Shown here: positions 45,927 to 55,862 of the stretch, one piece after another
How positions within the stretch are numbered: position 1 is the stretch's first letter
Layout of the letters: every line of letters starts with the position of its first letter
DNA from: a virus
Taxonomy: Duplodnaviria > Caudoviricetes
Strand: one strand, 5' to 3'
Length of the DNA: 64,000 nt
IMG/VR virus record: IMGVR_UViG_3300027533_000667
Location: 1-64,000 of that record
Notes under the pieces: model-generated
Seen by the model: only the letters and a program-made list of their open reading frames with translations
Database searches by the model: none
What the model was told of the DNA's origin: nothing
Translations under genes and position numbers: made by a program

Positions 45927-46478
45927 TTAGTGCTTCTTGTGCTTAACCGTAACCTTGGACTTCTTTTTGCCCTTCTTTGCCTTCTTCACATGTACTTTGA
46001 CATCTTCGTCTTCGTCGTCGTCTTCGACATCTTCGTCTTCGGCATCTGCTTTTTCAGCATCTTCGTCGTCTTCATCCTCTTCTTCGACATCTTCATCTTC
46101 ATCGACTGCCTCCTCTTCATCGTCTTCGATCTCTGCTAGTTCTGCAGCATCCGCCGCAGCCCTTGCAGCCTTCGTCGTTTCGATCTCGTCAAGTTCTTCG
46201 GCTTTCTTGCCTTTCTTCTTCTTTGCAAGCTTGGCTGCTCGGATGGCATCGGCATCAAGCGATGCTTTCTTCTTTTCATTTAGGGCATCCAACGCCTCAA
46301 ACTTGTCCACCGAACCAGGCGGAGCAAATTCCCACTTGTTTGGATATTCAAGAATCAAATCGCGATCTGATTTGCAGATATCCCCATGCTCATACGGACC
46401 TCGGCGGTCCGTTCCAACACCTTCATAGTGAGTCCCACCTTTGACATTGTGATACCCACTCAGTCGATACACTGGCAT
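45927..46478 (-). CDS. Capsid-adjacent protein with K-block / acidic tract / poly-K tail
   Basis: Start moved to MPVYRLSG (GAGG RBS); folded N-terminus, then AKKKKGKK, a D/E tract and KKAKKGKKKSKVTVKHKKH. Confidence 0.75.
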   Translation of the reverse strand: MPVYRLSGYHNVKGGTHYEGVGTDRRGPYEHGDICKSDRDLILEYPNKWEFAPPGSVDKFEALDALNEKKKASLDADAIRAAKLAKKKKGKKAEELDEIETTKAARAAADAAELAEIEDDEEEAVDEDEDVEEEDEDDEDAEKADAEDEDVEDDDEDEDVKVHVKKAKKGKKKSKVTVKHKKH

Positions 46479-46584
46479 GTTATGATCCTCTCTCGGTTTT
46501 GAATTTGTTAAAAGGGGCCGGCAGGAGTGACAGCAGAACTGCCGGGTGGTAATAACGACCACGGCTCCCCACCGCGACAGCGAC

Positions 46585-47667
46585 TTACGCCACTGACACG
46601 TCCACAACGCCAGTGTTGCCATCGGCGTCCGCACGCAACTGCGGCAGGTAGCTGCACATTGCCTTTTGGCACTTTAAGAATCCGCCCTGCTCTTCCCATC
46701 GAACGACTTGCATCCGAAGTGCGATAATTGCCCTAGCAACCCGCGGGTCCATCTGAACCCAAATCGACTTGAAGCCGGTCAGCGTATCGAGTGAGCGGAT
46801 ATCTGCCACACCGCCAACACGCATCAAACGATCCTTCAGCGTCGCCCCGCCGTACATATCACTGTAGTCATCTTCGAGATACAAATCCCAATCCGGTGCT
46901 GTGTAAACGATGAATGGCCCGTATCGCTTCTTGCTGCGCAACAGCTTCTTGATATCCAAAAATTCCTTGACCGAATCATTAGGCGTCCAACCAGCACCAG
47001 ACGGATCGGTCATGGTGTAAGTTAGCCGAGACGGCCAATTCAGATAACCGTAGACGGCACCGGAACCATAAGCGTATGCTGTTCCAGTACCGAGAACTAA
47101 CGCTTCGACCTGCTGAGCGATGTTGTAGCCAGCTTCAGATGCCTGTGACGTATCGAGAGGCAATCCAGCACGCTCGAATACACGCATGTCGCGATCATCG
47201 TTGTCAAAGTCAGCATGGATGATCGGAATGGGCATGTAGTCGAAGTCGATCTGTTGACGATCCCGCTCGCCTATGCGAATCGGATTCATGCTCACAATAG
47301 CCTTACCGAAGTGCGACGCTTTGACCGTCCGCAACTCAGTGATGCTATAACCATCAGGAATGACGTATGGAGTTCGGGCTGCTAGATCGTCCCAAACCTG
47401 CATACGAATGTTCGATGCCTCAAGAACAGCATCGTCCCATTTCTGCCAGTACCCGGCAGGCATCAACGTCGCAGCATTAGCAACGTCGATCCTAAATGGT
47501 TTTCTGACTGTTGTGCCGTCGGGCTTGTACCCGACTATTCTGGCAACATAAGGCTTTCCATCCTCACCCAAATATGGGCGAAGAGCGCCAGTGTCCCAGT
47601 TTACAGACGCCAACCGATCGGCAACGCTACCGAAGGCTTGGCCGCCCAGAATGTAGTTCGGCTCCAT
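46585..47667 (-). CDS. Major capsid protein, HK97 fold, encapsulin/Linocin_M18-like
   Basis: 360 aa; PIPIIHADF...LDTSQASEAG..IAQQVE...YGYLNWP...YGPF; position after protease and decoration genes. Confidence 0.85.
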   Translation of the reverse strand: MEPNYILGGQAFGSVADRLASVNWDTGALRPYLGEDGKPYVARIVGYKPDGTTVRKPFRIDVANAATLMPAGYWQKWDDAVLEASNIRMQVWDDLAARTPYVIPDGYSITELRTVKASHFGKAIVSMNPIRIGERDRQQIDFDYMPIPIIHADFDNDDRDMRVFERAGLPLDTSQASEAGYNIAQQVEALVLGTGTAYAYGSGAVYGYLNWPSRLTYTMTDPSGAGWTPNDSVKEFLDIKKLLRSKKRYGPFIVYTAPDWDLYLEDDYSDMYGGATLKDRLMRVGGVADIRSLDTLTGFKSIWVQMDPRVARAIIALRMQVVRWEEQGGFLKCQKAMCSYLPQLRADADGNTGVVDVSVA

Positions 47668-47739
47668 TTCTGGATGCTCCCTTAGTTATGTAAAGATAAA
47701 CGGCCGTTTGCCGTACGGTTGTGTCACTCGAAGGCAAAA

Positions 47740-48192
47740 TTACTTCACTTCGACCCGAATAAAAGCTTCGGAACCACCGGCGGAGTTGTCAAGCGATTCA
47801 AGCGCTTTAACTACCGGAATTCCTGCGCCAGTTTGCAGAATGAAACAACCACCAGCATCCATTTGGAGCGAGTCGTCTGCCACAATCGCTGTAGCAGATG
47901 CCGGCACACGAACATATAGCCTATCGCCCTTCTCAGCGATATAACCAAACACCGTTGTACCTGTCGTGTAGGCAACCGTAATCGGTTGACCGCCAAGCGA
48001 GTTCTCAAGCGCGACAATCACAGGATTGTCCGTACCGCTTGTGGCGTTGTTCTTTCTCCAAGTACCATCAGCATTGCCAATAAGAGCATGACCCGGCTTG
48101 ATGTTTCCATCGAATGCCGGCCGCTCCTCCCATTTACCACCCCTGCCTTTGAGGCGGATGGTGCTTGGGGTTTTGAAATCAGGGAAAGCCAT
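47740..48192 (-). CDS. Capsid decoration/cement protein
   Basis: 150 aa immediately before the MCP. Confidence 0.65.
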   Translation of the reverse strand: MAFPDFKTPSTIRLKGRGGKWEERPAFDGNIKPGHALIGNADGTWRKNNATSGTDNPVIVALENSLGGQPITVAYTTGTTVFGYIAEKGDRLYVRVPASATAIVADDSLQMDAGGCFILQTGAGIPVVKALESLDNSAGGSEAFIRVEVK

Positions 48193-48247
48193 TGCAGTAA
48201 TCTCCGAGTGTTAAGAAATCAAAACCAAAAACGCTTAGCGTAATTAA

Positions 48248-49600
48248 TTACGCCGTGACTTTTTTGCCAATAATTCCATTCAACCGTTCGCCGAACTTCG
48301 GAGTCGCCGGCAGTTCCAATACCGTGACTTGCGCAGCAGGACCAGCCGAAGGAGCGCCAGACGCTCCCTTGAAGATCGGGCGTCGTGCCGTAGCGGCATT
48401 ATGAACATCAGTCGTATCAGTGCCGGCCATGAGCATAAGACCCTGTAATTCTTCGATTGATCGTTCATCCAAGTACGGCTTGTCGAACGGGCATTTGGCG
48501 TTAGCAACCAATTGCTCGACCAAATGATTCTTCTCAGTCTCATCCGCCTTCCGCTTATTGAGCAGATCGTTGCGCATGTCTGCAGGAGCAGCATCAAGCC
48601 ATTCCTGAGACGTCATTGGCCGCACCGCAGGTGGAGTGATGACCGCGGGTGGAACTACCGGCGGTGGATCAACCACAGGCGGATTGGCATTGCTGACTTG
48701 AATGGTGGAAAGCTTTTTCAATTGTGCTTCCCCCATTTTCATATACTCAGCACGATCTTCTTCCGCGCATAGACCTTTGCTAATGAGCTGGTCGATGAGC
48801 GCCTTCTTCGGGTCCATGTTATGTACCTCGGTTTCGAGAACAGGATCGGTGACAGCTACAGCAGCATCACCATCAACCAACTGATACGTCACTTCACGTT
48901 TGATTGGCAAAGCCTCGCCATCGAGAACGAATTTGCCATCCGCATTAACTATGTACTCTTGGCGCATCATGCTGCCATTTTGTACATAGATCACATGTGT
49001 CGGACTCACATCCTGAATTTCTATCCCTTCCTGGTTCATTACAAACATACCAGCACCCTGCTCAATAGAACATGCTCCTTGCATGTCCGGCAGAATCGCA
49101 AGATGATCTGGAATGACTTTGAGGCATTTATACAGATAACTTTTGCCTCGCCACGTAGCACCATTCTCGTTTTTTAGTACGAGAGCTTTGATGCCTGTAC
49201 TAACATTCATCCTTTTGCCAGTTTTGATAGCATCGTAAACGCGAGGATCGACCTCCCTTGTGCGCTCACAATCGTAATAGCCTTTGGTGCGTAGTTTCTT
49301 TGCTCTCTTGTCCCAAACAGTATCAAGAATCGGTCCTATATCCTGAGCGTTGAGAATATTGAAAGTTCTTGCTGATTTGTCAGCGCCTGGATGATAAACG
49401 ATGCTCGGCATATTGTTCCAAGCAATTACTGATTCTTCCAGCGGACCTTCTTCATATAGAACCGGCCCTTTGTCGCCGATGAACACGCCTTCTGGCAACA
49501 TTGCAATCGGCACCACAAAGTGATCCCTGCCTTTGAACTTATGAATCGTGGCTTTTCCAAACACGTTGAAAGTCAAAAGCTGAGTCAGTTCCTCATCCAT
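48248..49600 (-). CDS. Head maturation protease/scaffold (DUF2213-like)
   Basis: VVPIAMLPEGV...WNNMPSIVYHP...DHLAILPD..GACS; helical scaffold C-terminus. Confidence 0.8.
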   Translation of the reverse strand: MDEELTQLLTFNVFGKATIHKFKGRDHFVVPIAMLPEGVFIGDKGPVLYEEGPLEESVIAWNNMPSIVYHPGADKSARTFNILNAQDIGPILDTVWDKRAKKLRTKGYYDCERTREVDPRVYDAIKTGKRMNVSTGIKALVLKNENGATWRGKSYLYKCLKVIPDHLAILPDMQGACSIEQGAGMFVMNQEGIEIQDVSPTHVIYVQNGSMMRQEYIVNADGKFVLDGEALPIKREVTYQLVDGDAAVAVTDPVLETEVHNMDPKKALIDQLISKGLCAEEDRAEYMKMGEAQLKKLSTIQVSNANPPVVDPPPVVPPAVITPPAVRPMTSQEWLDAAPADMRNDLLNKRKADETEKNHLVEQLVANAKCPFDKPYLDERSIEELQGLMLMAGTDTTDVHNAATARRPIFKGASGAPSAGPAAQVTVLELPATPKFGERLNGIIGKKVTA

Positions 49601-49613
49601 TATTACCCTCCGC

Positions 49614-49943
49614 TCAAGTTTTCTTAGGGCGTTTCACATGACAAACTATGCTGATCTCGCCAATGTAAGCACCAGCAGTTGTGGTCACTAGAATCTTCAT
49701 GTAGTATTTGCCATCACCGTCAGGTCCGCCTGTAAGTAACCCACCCGTAATTCGGCATTGCACAATCGAACCACTGATTACAGGAGCGCCGGCAGTGATA
49801 TCAGCAGGCAATGCACCGCCATCCCAATCCGTAACTGCTGATGCCGTAATAGGTGGACTCGTTACATACGTCCGCCAACCACCTACGTCGAATTCAAATA
49901 GTAGGTCTTCGCTTGGCGTTTTTTCAATGCGGACGGCAATCAT
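49614..49943 (-). CDS. Small virion protein
   Basis: KTPSEDLLFEFD..W Ig-like pattern. Confidence 0.6.
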   Translation of the reverse strand: MIAVRIEKTPSEDLLFEFDVGGWRTYVTSPPITASAVTDWDGGALPADITAGAPVISGSIVQCRITGGLLTGGPDGDGKYYMKILVTTTAGAYIGEISIVCHVKRPKKT

Positions 49944-49949
49944 ACTTTA

Positions 49950-50897
49950 TCAACCATCGTAAAGGTCTGGCACAGTAAACAAAGTCTCACGTTCCGGCAC
50001 AGTGAATAGAGTTTCTCGTTCAGGCACAGTGTATCTCTGCCAAGGACCAACTATAAATCCAGGCAAGGAAGCAGCAGCAGATACAGCAGATACATTAACA
50101 CCAGCAATACCAGTATCGGCACTACCTATACCCAATGCCGACGCGGATGGAGCGACAGCCAAACAATTGACAACAGCGGCTCCTGGAAAGGCTGAAACGC
50201 TTCCAAATGGAGTTGCGTCGTTGCTAAACGCATCCACCTGCACATTTGCAATTCCAGAATCAACACTAACAGAACCAGCACCTGATGATGTTGGTGATGC
50301 TGCCGTTATTAATATCGATGCGATGCCAGTCTCAGCCTCTCCAGGAACAGAAACCGACGGTGACTCTGCTGACACAATCACCACAGCAGCGCCAGAGTTT
50401 ATCGGTGCTGATCCTGTAGCTGCAGCCGTTGGAGATAATCCAGACACAGATACCGTCGCAAAACCTGCATCCGCCGACGATGATCCTGTTGCTGTTGATA
50501 TTGATGCTGTCGCACTTATAGCAACAGATGCTGCGCCGCTAACCGACTCGACAACTCCAGCCCCAACAGCTATCGGCGATGCCGCTAATATGACTACTAA
50601 TGCCACACCAGAATCGACTGAAACGGAACCAGATGCTGCAGCTATCGAAGCGGCTGCCGTTATATTTATAGTCGCGGCGCTTGAATCAACACTGACAGAA
50701 CCGACACCCAATGCTGTTGGAGCTATTGCCGTTATGGAAACAATAGCCGCGCTAGTATCAACACTGCCACTACCTGATCCCAATGCTGCAGGACTAACCG
50801 CAGTAATGGGTGCGGTTGCTGCTCCTGTAGTAGCTGTAGCTGCTCCTGACCCCGCATCGAAGGCCGAACTGAACGCACTAGAAAAAGCGCCGGCCAT
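49950..50897 (-). CDS. Ala/Ser/Val-rich repetitive virion protein
   Basis: About 23-aa degenerate repeats (xDSGxAxVxIxAxSP); starts MAGAFSSAFSSAFD; ends with tandem TVPERETLF. Confidence 0.7.
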   Translation of the reverse strand: MAGAFSSAFSSAFDAGSGAATATTGAATAPITAVSPAALGSGSGSVDTSAAIVSITAIAPTALGVGSVSVDSSAATINITAAASIAAASGSVSVDSGVALVVILAASPIAVGAGVVESVSGAASVAISATASISTATGSSSADAGFATVSVSGLSPTAAATGSAPINSGAAVVIVSAESPSVSVPGEAETGIASILITAASPTSSGAGSVSVDSGIANVQVDAFSNDATPFGSVSAFPGAAVVNCLAVAPSASALGIGSADTGIAGVNVSAVSAAASLPGFIVGPWQRYTVPERETLFTVPERETLFTVPDLYDG

Positions 50898-50900
50898 CGA

Positions 50901-51083
50901 CTACGCTCCAATTTCTTCCGCCCTAGATTTTTCAGCGTCTTCTAGCATTGCTGCTATGAGCCGAATGTCCTTGAGCGAAGCGTAGGACATTCCTTCTGGA
51001 CCGTAAATTTCTGCATAGATTGATCCGTCATCGTCCGTTTTTATTGCAACGCCACAAACACGTTCAAAGTCTGGTTCGGTCAT
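50901..51083 (-). CDS. Hypothetical protein
   Basis: Fills the gap; ends EEIGA like the preceding gene (KEIGA). Confidence 0.45.
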   Translation of the reverse strand: MTEPDFERVCGVAIKTDDDGSIYAEIYGPEGMSYASLKDIRLIAAMLEDAEKSRAEEIGA

Positions 51084-51085
51084 CT

Positions 51086-51730
51086 CTACGCTCCAATTTC
51101 TTTCAGTTCGCCCATAGAACCTGACAAAATCGTGACCGCATTGCCATTCGTCTCGCTTGCAAATCGCAAAATGAATGTGCCGCCAGCCGCGCCTGTCGAT
51201 ATGTTACCGTCGATCCAGAACGTCATCGCCGTCGCGCCACCGCTCGCCAACCCAGCTATCGCCGTGTTGTACGCGCCAGTCGCTCCATTGCGTGTGGTTG
51301 TCGCCGACTCAGCGATGCAGCCGACCACGCGGACTAAACTCGGAGACGCCGGTCCATTCACAGCCAAACTGATTCCTGTTGTCGCTCCGACAGCCGTATA
51401 TGCGCCGACGAAAGCAAAGGAATAATGCGTGTTCGGTTTCAGTTGAAATTCGAGCCCAGCCACATCGCTAAGTGCGTTGCTCGTCGTTTGCCGATTCGCC
51501 GACAGCCTCACCATCGCGTGCCGCAACACCGGATTGCCCGTTCGAGCAGCCAACCAAATATCATGCGCTGCCTGCGACCAGTCGAAGGACGAGACGGCCG
51601 AGTTCGCCGCCGTTTGCTGCGGAGCGGTCGCGCCGTTGAAAGAAATCGTGATGTCGCCCTGCACGCCCGACACACCGTGAATCGGGCAGACGGCGGCGAC
51701 GGTCTCGTGTAGACGATTAAGCATCGACAA
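51086..51730 (-). CDS. Putative fibre/virion protein
   Basis: Beta-rich, GC-rich, coupled to 51717-52649. Confidence 0.6.
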   Translation of the reverse strand: MSMLNRLHETVAAVCPIHGVSGVQGDITISFNGATAPQQTAANSAVSSFDWSQAAHDIWLAARTGNPVLRHAMVRLSANRQTTSNALSDVAGLEFQLKPNTHYSFAFVGAYTAVGATTGISLAVNGPASPSLVRVVGCIAESATTTRNGATGAYNTAIAGLASGGATAMTFWIDGNISTGAAGGTFILRFASETNGNAVTILSGSMGELKEIGA

Positions 51731-52649
51731 TCCCCTGCATTCCAGACGCCGGCGCGCCGTAGAGCGTGTGGCTCGATGTCGTCCCAGCCTTTTCCAACCA
51801 TGCGTAGTAGTGGTATCCCAGCGCCGGAACGAACACTTCGCGGATGGTGCTGACTATATACGCGCCGTTCGCAGCCATGTAAATCGCCGGCGCAAGGTCC
51901 GCGCTTGGCACAGTGATCGAATCGGCACCGATCGACAGGTGAGGCCCTGTGCTCGCCGTGGTGTCCGCTCCCTGAATCAACGTCAAGTCCACTGCCGGCC
52001 CGGCCAGACCTATCACCACTTCCGCTTGGTTCGTGACCGTCGCCCGTGCCTGTCGCCAAGTGACAGTAGCGTAAGTCCATGACACGGTTGCGTCACTGAC
52101 GCGGAGCTTCCGCAGAACCCGATTGTTCGCATTCCACACGAACCGCCGACGCGCTGAATCCTCCGTCGTCGTCGTTGCGGTCGTTCGGATCGTGCCGAGA
52201 TACCGCCGCGTCGTCGCGCCGCTCTTCACGTAAACCCCGTCCTGAGTCGTCAGCGCATCGGCCCGCGTCGTGTCGTTCGTCCACGCCGCTGAAAGTTCCA
52301 AGGTCAACGTGCCGGCGTTGTCGTACAGGAAGACATCGTAGTTTTTGTCGGCCGTGATCGTGCCGAGGGCGAGCGTCTTTTCCGTGAACGTGTAGAGCTT
52401 CCAACTTGTGCCGTCGTACAGGCCGACCAGGTTGTGAGTGAACGGCGTGTAATAGACGTTCGTCTTTGCGGCCTGGTCGGCCGTGCTGATAGGGACGCCG
52501 GACTCCAGCGTCAACCGCCCGCCGGCAAAGCCTTGTGGGGTGTAGGCGCTGACGACGAAGTCACGCTGATCCTGTGCGCTGATATCGCCGGCTGCATTGT
52601 CGGCGAACAGCGTCAGCAGTTCGGCTCGGGTTCGTGGTACGTCAGCCAC
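51717..52649 (-). CDS. Putative fibre/appendage protein
   Basis: LFADNAAGDISAQDQRD anchor-like N-terminus; GGRLTLESGVP...YYTP...LYDGTSW. Confidence 0.65.
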   Translation of the reverse strand: MADVPRTRAELLTLFADNAAGDISAQDQRDFVVSAYTPQGFAGGRLTLESGVPISTADQAAKTNVYYTPFTHNLVGLYDGTSWKLYTFTEKTLALGTITADKNYDVFLYDNAGTLTLELSAAWTNDTTRADALTTQDGVYVKSGATTRRYLGTIRTTATTTTEDSARRRFVWNANNRVLRKLRVSDATVSWTYATVTWRQARATVTNQAEVVIGLAGPAVDLTLIQGADTTASTGPHLSIGADSITVPSADLAPAIYMAANGAYIVSTIREVFVPALGYHYYAWLEKAGTTSSHTLYGAPASGMQGIVDA

Positions 52650-55499
52650 TTAGCCTCCAACTTTCTTGTAAACCGCCTCGCCTTCCCAACTCAATTTCGG
52701 AATCACGACATATTCGACCGGCGTCGGCGGGACTGGCAGAACCATCGTGCGAATCGCCACGCTCGCCGTCGCCGTCCCACCCTGGCCAGTCGCCGTGGCT
52801 GTCGCCGTGAAATCGCCAGCCGACGCATACGGATGCGTGATCGTCAGTGCGTTGCCGGTCGTACCGTCACCGAAGTCCCAAACAACACCCGTCGCATTCG
52901 TGACGACTGCCGCGAACGACACGGACAGCGGCGCAACTCCCGACGTCGGGCTTGCCGCGATCGTGATCGTCGGCGCAGGTGTCGGCGTCGGCGGTTCTGG
53001 CGCGTCTTGCGGCACGTTCGGCAACGGTAATGCGGGCTGAATCGGCGTGCTGGCCGGTGGTTGAGTAACCCACCAATCGTAAGCCTGTCGATTCGGGTAC
53101 GGCGCACCGTCCGGAATGCGGTTGACCCACACACCAAGTTGGAAGCCGTCAACCATAGTCTGCGGGCAGTTCAGGCCGAGCGTGTAGACGTATGGTCCGG
53201 TTTGAATCCACTCGCCGGTTGCGTCCTGAATAATAAGTGGGCCATCGGCATTGACCGTCTGTTGGAATGCGCCGTGACTTCGAGATGATTGAGTCACCCA
53301 AATATCAGGTAGTACCGTCGGCGGTCCGCTGGACACATAAGCTTGAATGCCGTCCGTTCCTTGCACTGCATCCGCCGGCAAGAGCTTCATTCCGATCCGC
53401 GTGTGATACTTTTCCCAGAACGTCGCGTTCGTGTGACCGACCGCGTGAGGCGGAATGTTCAGCACGCTCGAGTAAGGGAAATCGTCGGCCAGTTCGGGAT
53501 AATGCAGGAACTTGTCGCCGACCTTAACCACATCATCCCAATAGCACATTTGGCCATTCTGCATGAACGGCATCAGCATCGGGTATCGCGGATCACCCGT
53601 GTAGAGGTTCGCCCCGAAGTGGTTCATCCTCAGTCGAACTTTGAACATCGGACAGTCGAACGTCGTCGCCGCATCGAACGTGATTCGTCTCGGAACGCGA
53701 TGGAACACCTGCGGTATCGAAATCCCAACGTCGGCGCGAATGGCGCAGTTGACGTAGGTGTTCGTTTGGCTCGTCCATCCGGGAATTGCCGACGGCCAAC
53801 GCTGCCGACCGGCGACGGAGAGCATTGATAGGTTTGTCCACGAGATGCCGCCCGTGAACCCGCTGTGACCAACAGCCGCGAATGGTCCGGTTGCGCTCGG
53901 AATCGGATCGGGGATGACGATGTTCTCGAAGTCCATCCACGTCATGTAGCCGAAAAACACCGATTGCAGCGATGCTTCGAACCAACAGTTTTTTACCGTG
54001 CTGTTTCGCACCGGCGCTTGCGTCGGCGTGATGTTCAGACCGACTTGCCAGAAATCGACAGCCTCGCCGCACGCGAACACGTTCAGCCCGTCGATCACTT
54101 GTGGCGCGAGCGCCGGCGCGCAACCGCTGGTGAGAATAGACGGCGTGTTGCACGTGCCCTTGATGTTGACGCCGGGGAACACAACCTCGGTAGTGAAGTC
54201 TGGCGGTAGCTTGAACGACGACGAGCCAGCGAATCCCATCAAGAACACACCATGCGATTTTGGGAACCCAGCTACGTCGCAGTCGTAAATCTCTTCGCCG
54301 CCGCAGTGCGTCCAAATGCCGTGGCCATTTTTGGCATGATCTTCAGTTGGCGATGCTGGCTCCTGTAAATTTACGATAGGTACAAGACAGGTTGTTCGCA
54401 GCATAGAACATTCACGCAACTCACCGATCTCCGTGCCGATCTCACTGACTAAATGCCCTCCAAAGATTTTGTACGCCGCGCATCCGAACCGGTTCACATA
54501 TGAACCGTGGTTGACAAGTCCCCAGCCAGGCGATCCTTCAAAGTAGCACTCCTCAACCTTGTGCGGTTCATCGGTCCACGTCCCGCCGTTCAGATGGAAA
54601 TGGAGCATGTACCGGCCGCGAGCGTTCTCTAGGCCGTTGCCGAAGCCGTCCGGGTCCGTGACTGGCAACGCCTTGTCGGTCCGCCCGAGGTTGACAAACC
54701 CCGCATGGCAGATGTCCGTCATCCCGCCGTGACCGTGCGAACCGTGGCCACTCATCACCATGATGTGCCCGAAGCGTTTCGGGTCCGTCGATTCGCTAGT
54801 GAAATGAACGGTCCGCTTGCTGCGATTGATGACGAACATCTCGCGGTAGAGGCCGGTCTTGGCGTCAGCAAGGCGAACGTGGTCAAACAGAAGCGGAGCA
54901 TTGAGAACCATCGACATGCCATCGGCGGCGACCGAGACGATGCTCAGTTCCTCATCTTCATTCGCCAAGCAACTTGTACCGGCCATGGCAATCGAATCGC
55001 CAGCGATCCAACCGGCAACCGGCTTTTGAAATCGGATCAGCCTTTCCCCGGCCATGTTGCCGAGCGTCCGCACTCTCGCCGTCCGCTTCTCGCCGCACGC
55101 TTCGAACATTCCCATCGCGATCAAGCCGCGACCCATTGCCCACGGATCGGCAGTGAAGTCCATCGGCCCGAAGTCTGCGAACACCACGTCGCACTGGCCG
55201 GTGACTTCGTTGTGATGATCGCCAAATTTGAGCACGCTCCCCATGTCGCTGACGATCGTCTCGCAGTGGAGTCGCGTGTTCGCATCGACTTGCGTGATGA
55301 GCGAGCCGCCGACGCGCAACCACTTGAGTTTCGGCGTCTGGATGTCGAGAGTGAGTGTTATCCCTGGCGGGACGTAGACGCGATCGCCGTCGTTTAGGAC
55401 CAAAGCAGACATCGGGCCGCTTTGCGCGACGACAACCGTCGCCGCGTTCAGCGGGCAGATTGCCAAAACTTTATCCATGTCCGTCACGATGTTCTCCAA
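52650..55499 (-). CDS. G8 + parallel beta-helix + PKD protein (TMEM2/CEMIP/fibrocystin-like architecture), putative depolymerase
   Basis: N-terminal G8 pattern (VYVPPGITLTLD...LRVGGSL); GRYMLHFH; C-terminal PKD (VSFAA...WDFGDGT...HPYASAGDFTAT). Confidence 0.75.
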   Translation of the reverse strand: MENIVTDMDKVLAICPLNAATVVVAQSGPMSALVLNDGDRVYVPPGITLTLDIQTPKLKWLRVGGSLITQVDANTRLHCETIVSDMGSVLKFGDHHNEVTGQCDVVFADFGPMDFTADPWAMGRGLIAMGMFEACGEKRTARVRTLGNMAGERLIRFQKPVAGWIAGDSIAMAGTSCLANEDEELSIVSVAADGMSMVLNAPLLFDHVRLADAKTGLYREMFVINRSKRTVHFTSESTDPKRFGHIMVMSGHGSHGHGGMTDICHAGFVNLGRTDKALPVTDPDGFGNGLENARGRYMLHFHLNGGTWTDEPHKVEECYFEGSPGWGLVNHGSYVNRFGCAAYKIFGGHLVSEIGTEIGELRECSMLRTTCLVPIVNLQEPASPTEDHAKNGHGIWTHCGGEEIYDCDVAGFPKSHGVFLMGFAGSSSFKLPPDFTTEVVFPGVNIKGTCNTPSILTSGCAPALAPQVIDGLNVFACGEAVDFWQVGLNITPTQAPVRNSTVKNCWFEASLQSVFFGYMTWMDFENIVIPDPIPSATGPFAAVGHSGFTGGISWTNLSMLSVAGRQRWPSAIPGWTSQTNTYVNCAIRADVGISIPQVFHRVPRRITFDAATTFDCPMFKVRLRMNHFGANLYTGDPRYPMLMPFMQNGQMCYWDDVVKVGDKFLHYPELADDFPYSSVLNIPPHAVGHTNATFWEKYHTRIGMKLLPADAVQGTDGIQAYVSSGPPTVLPDIWVTQSSRSHGAFQQTVNADGPLIIQDATGEWIQTGPYVYTLGLNCPQTMVDGFQLGVWVNRIPDGAPYPNRQAYDWWVTQPPASTPIQPALPLPNVPQDAPEPPTPTPAPTITIAASPTSGVAPLSVSFAAVVTNATGVVWDFGDGTTGNALTITHPYASAGDFTATATATGQGGTATASVAIRTMVLPVPPTPVEYVVIPKLSWEGEAVYKKVGG

Positions 55500-55853
55500 T
55501 TATACTTTGCCAGTCTTCTTGAATATCTTCACCAATTCCACCAACGTCCAGTTACGTGAATCGTCCGGGTGTTGCTTGTGCCATGCCGGATTCTTCTTCA
55601 AACACGCCTTAGCCGATGCTTCCGCTTCCTTCTCAATGTCCATCAATTCCTTTTCGGACAAACCAACCAGCGTAGCCAATTCCGACGCCTTCGGCTTCAT
55701 ATTGTTGCGTAGTCTAGCGATTAGCATCTCCCGTTTGCCGTGAGCTACTAATTCTTTGTTTATCTCGGCAGCACGTTGTTTGATAGAATCACGAACCTCC
55801 ACCCGCTCTTTCTCCAAAGCAGCTTTAGATACTTGTAGTTTTGCTACTGACAT
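55500..55853 (-). CDS. Hypothetical coiled-coil protein
   Basis: Abuts the G8 gene; GGAG RBS. Confidence 0.6.
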   Translation of the reverse strand: MSVAKLQVSKAALEKERVEVRDSIKQRAAEINKELVAHGKREMLIARLRNNMKPKASELATLVGLSEKELMDIEKEAEASAKACLKKNPAWHKQHPDDSRNWTLVELVKIFKKTGKV

Positions 55854-55862
55854 AATTACTCC

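Noticed and set aside
50002-50985. 327-aa + strand Ala/Asp/Thr-rich ORF
   Set aside because: Antisense to the repetitive 49950-50897 gene, which fits the minus-strand operon.
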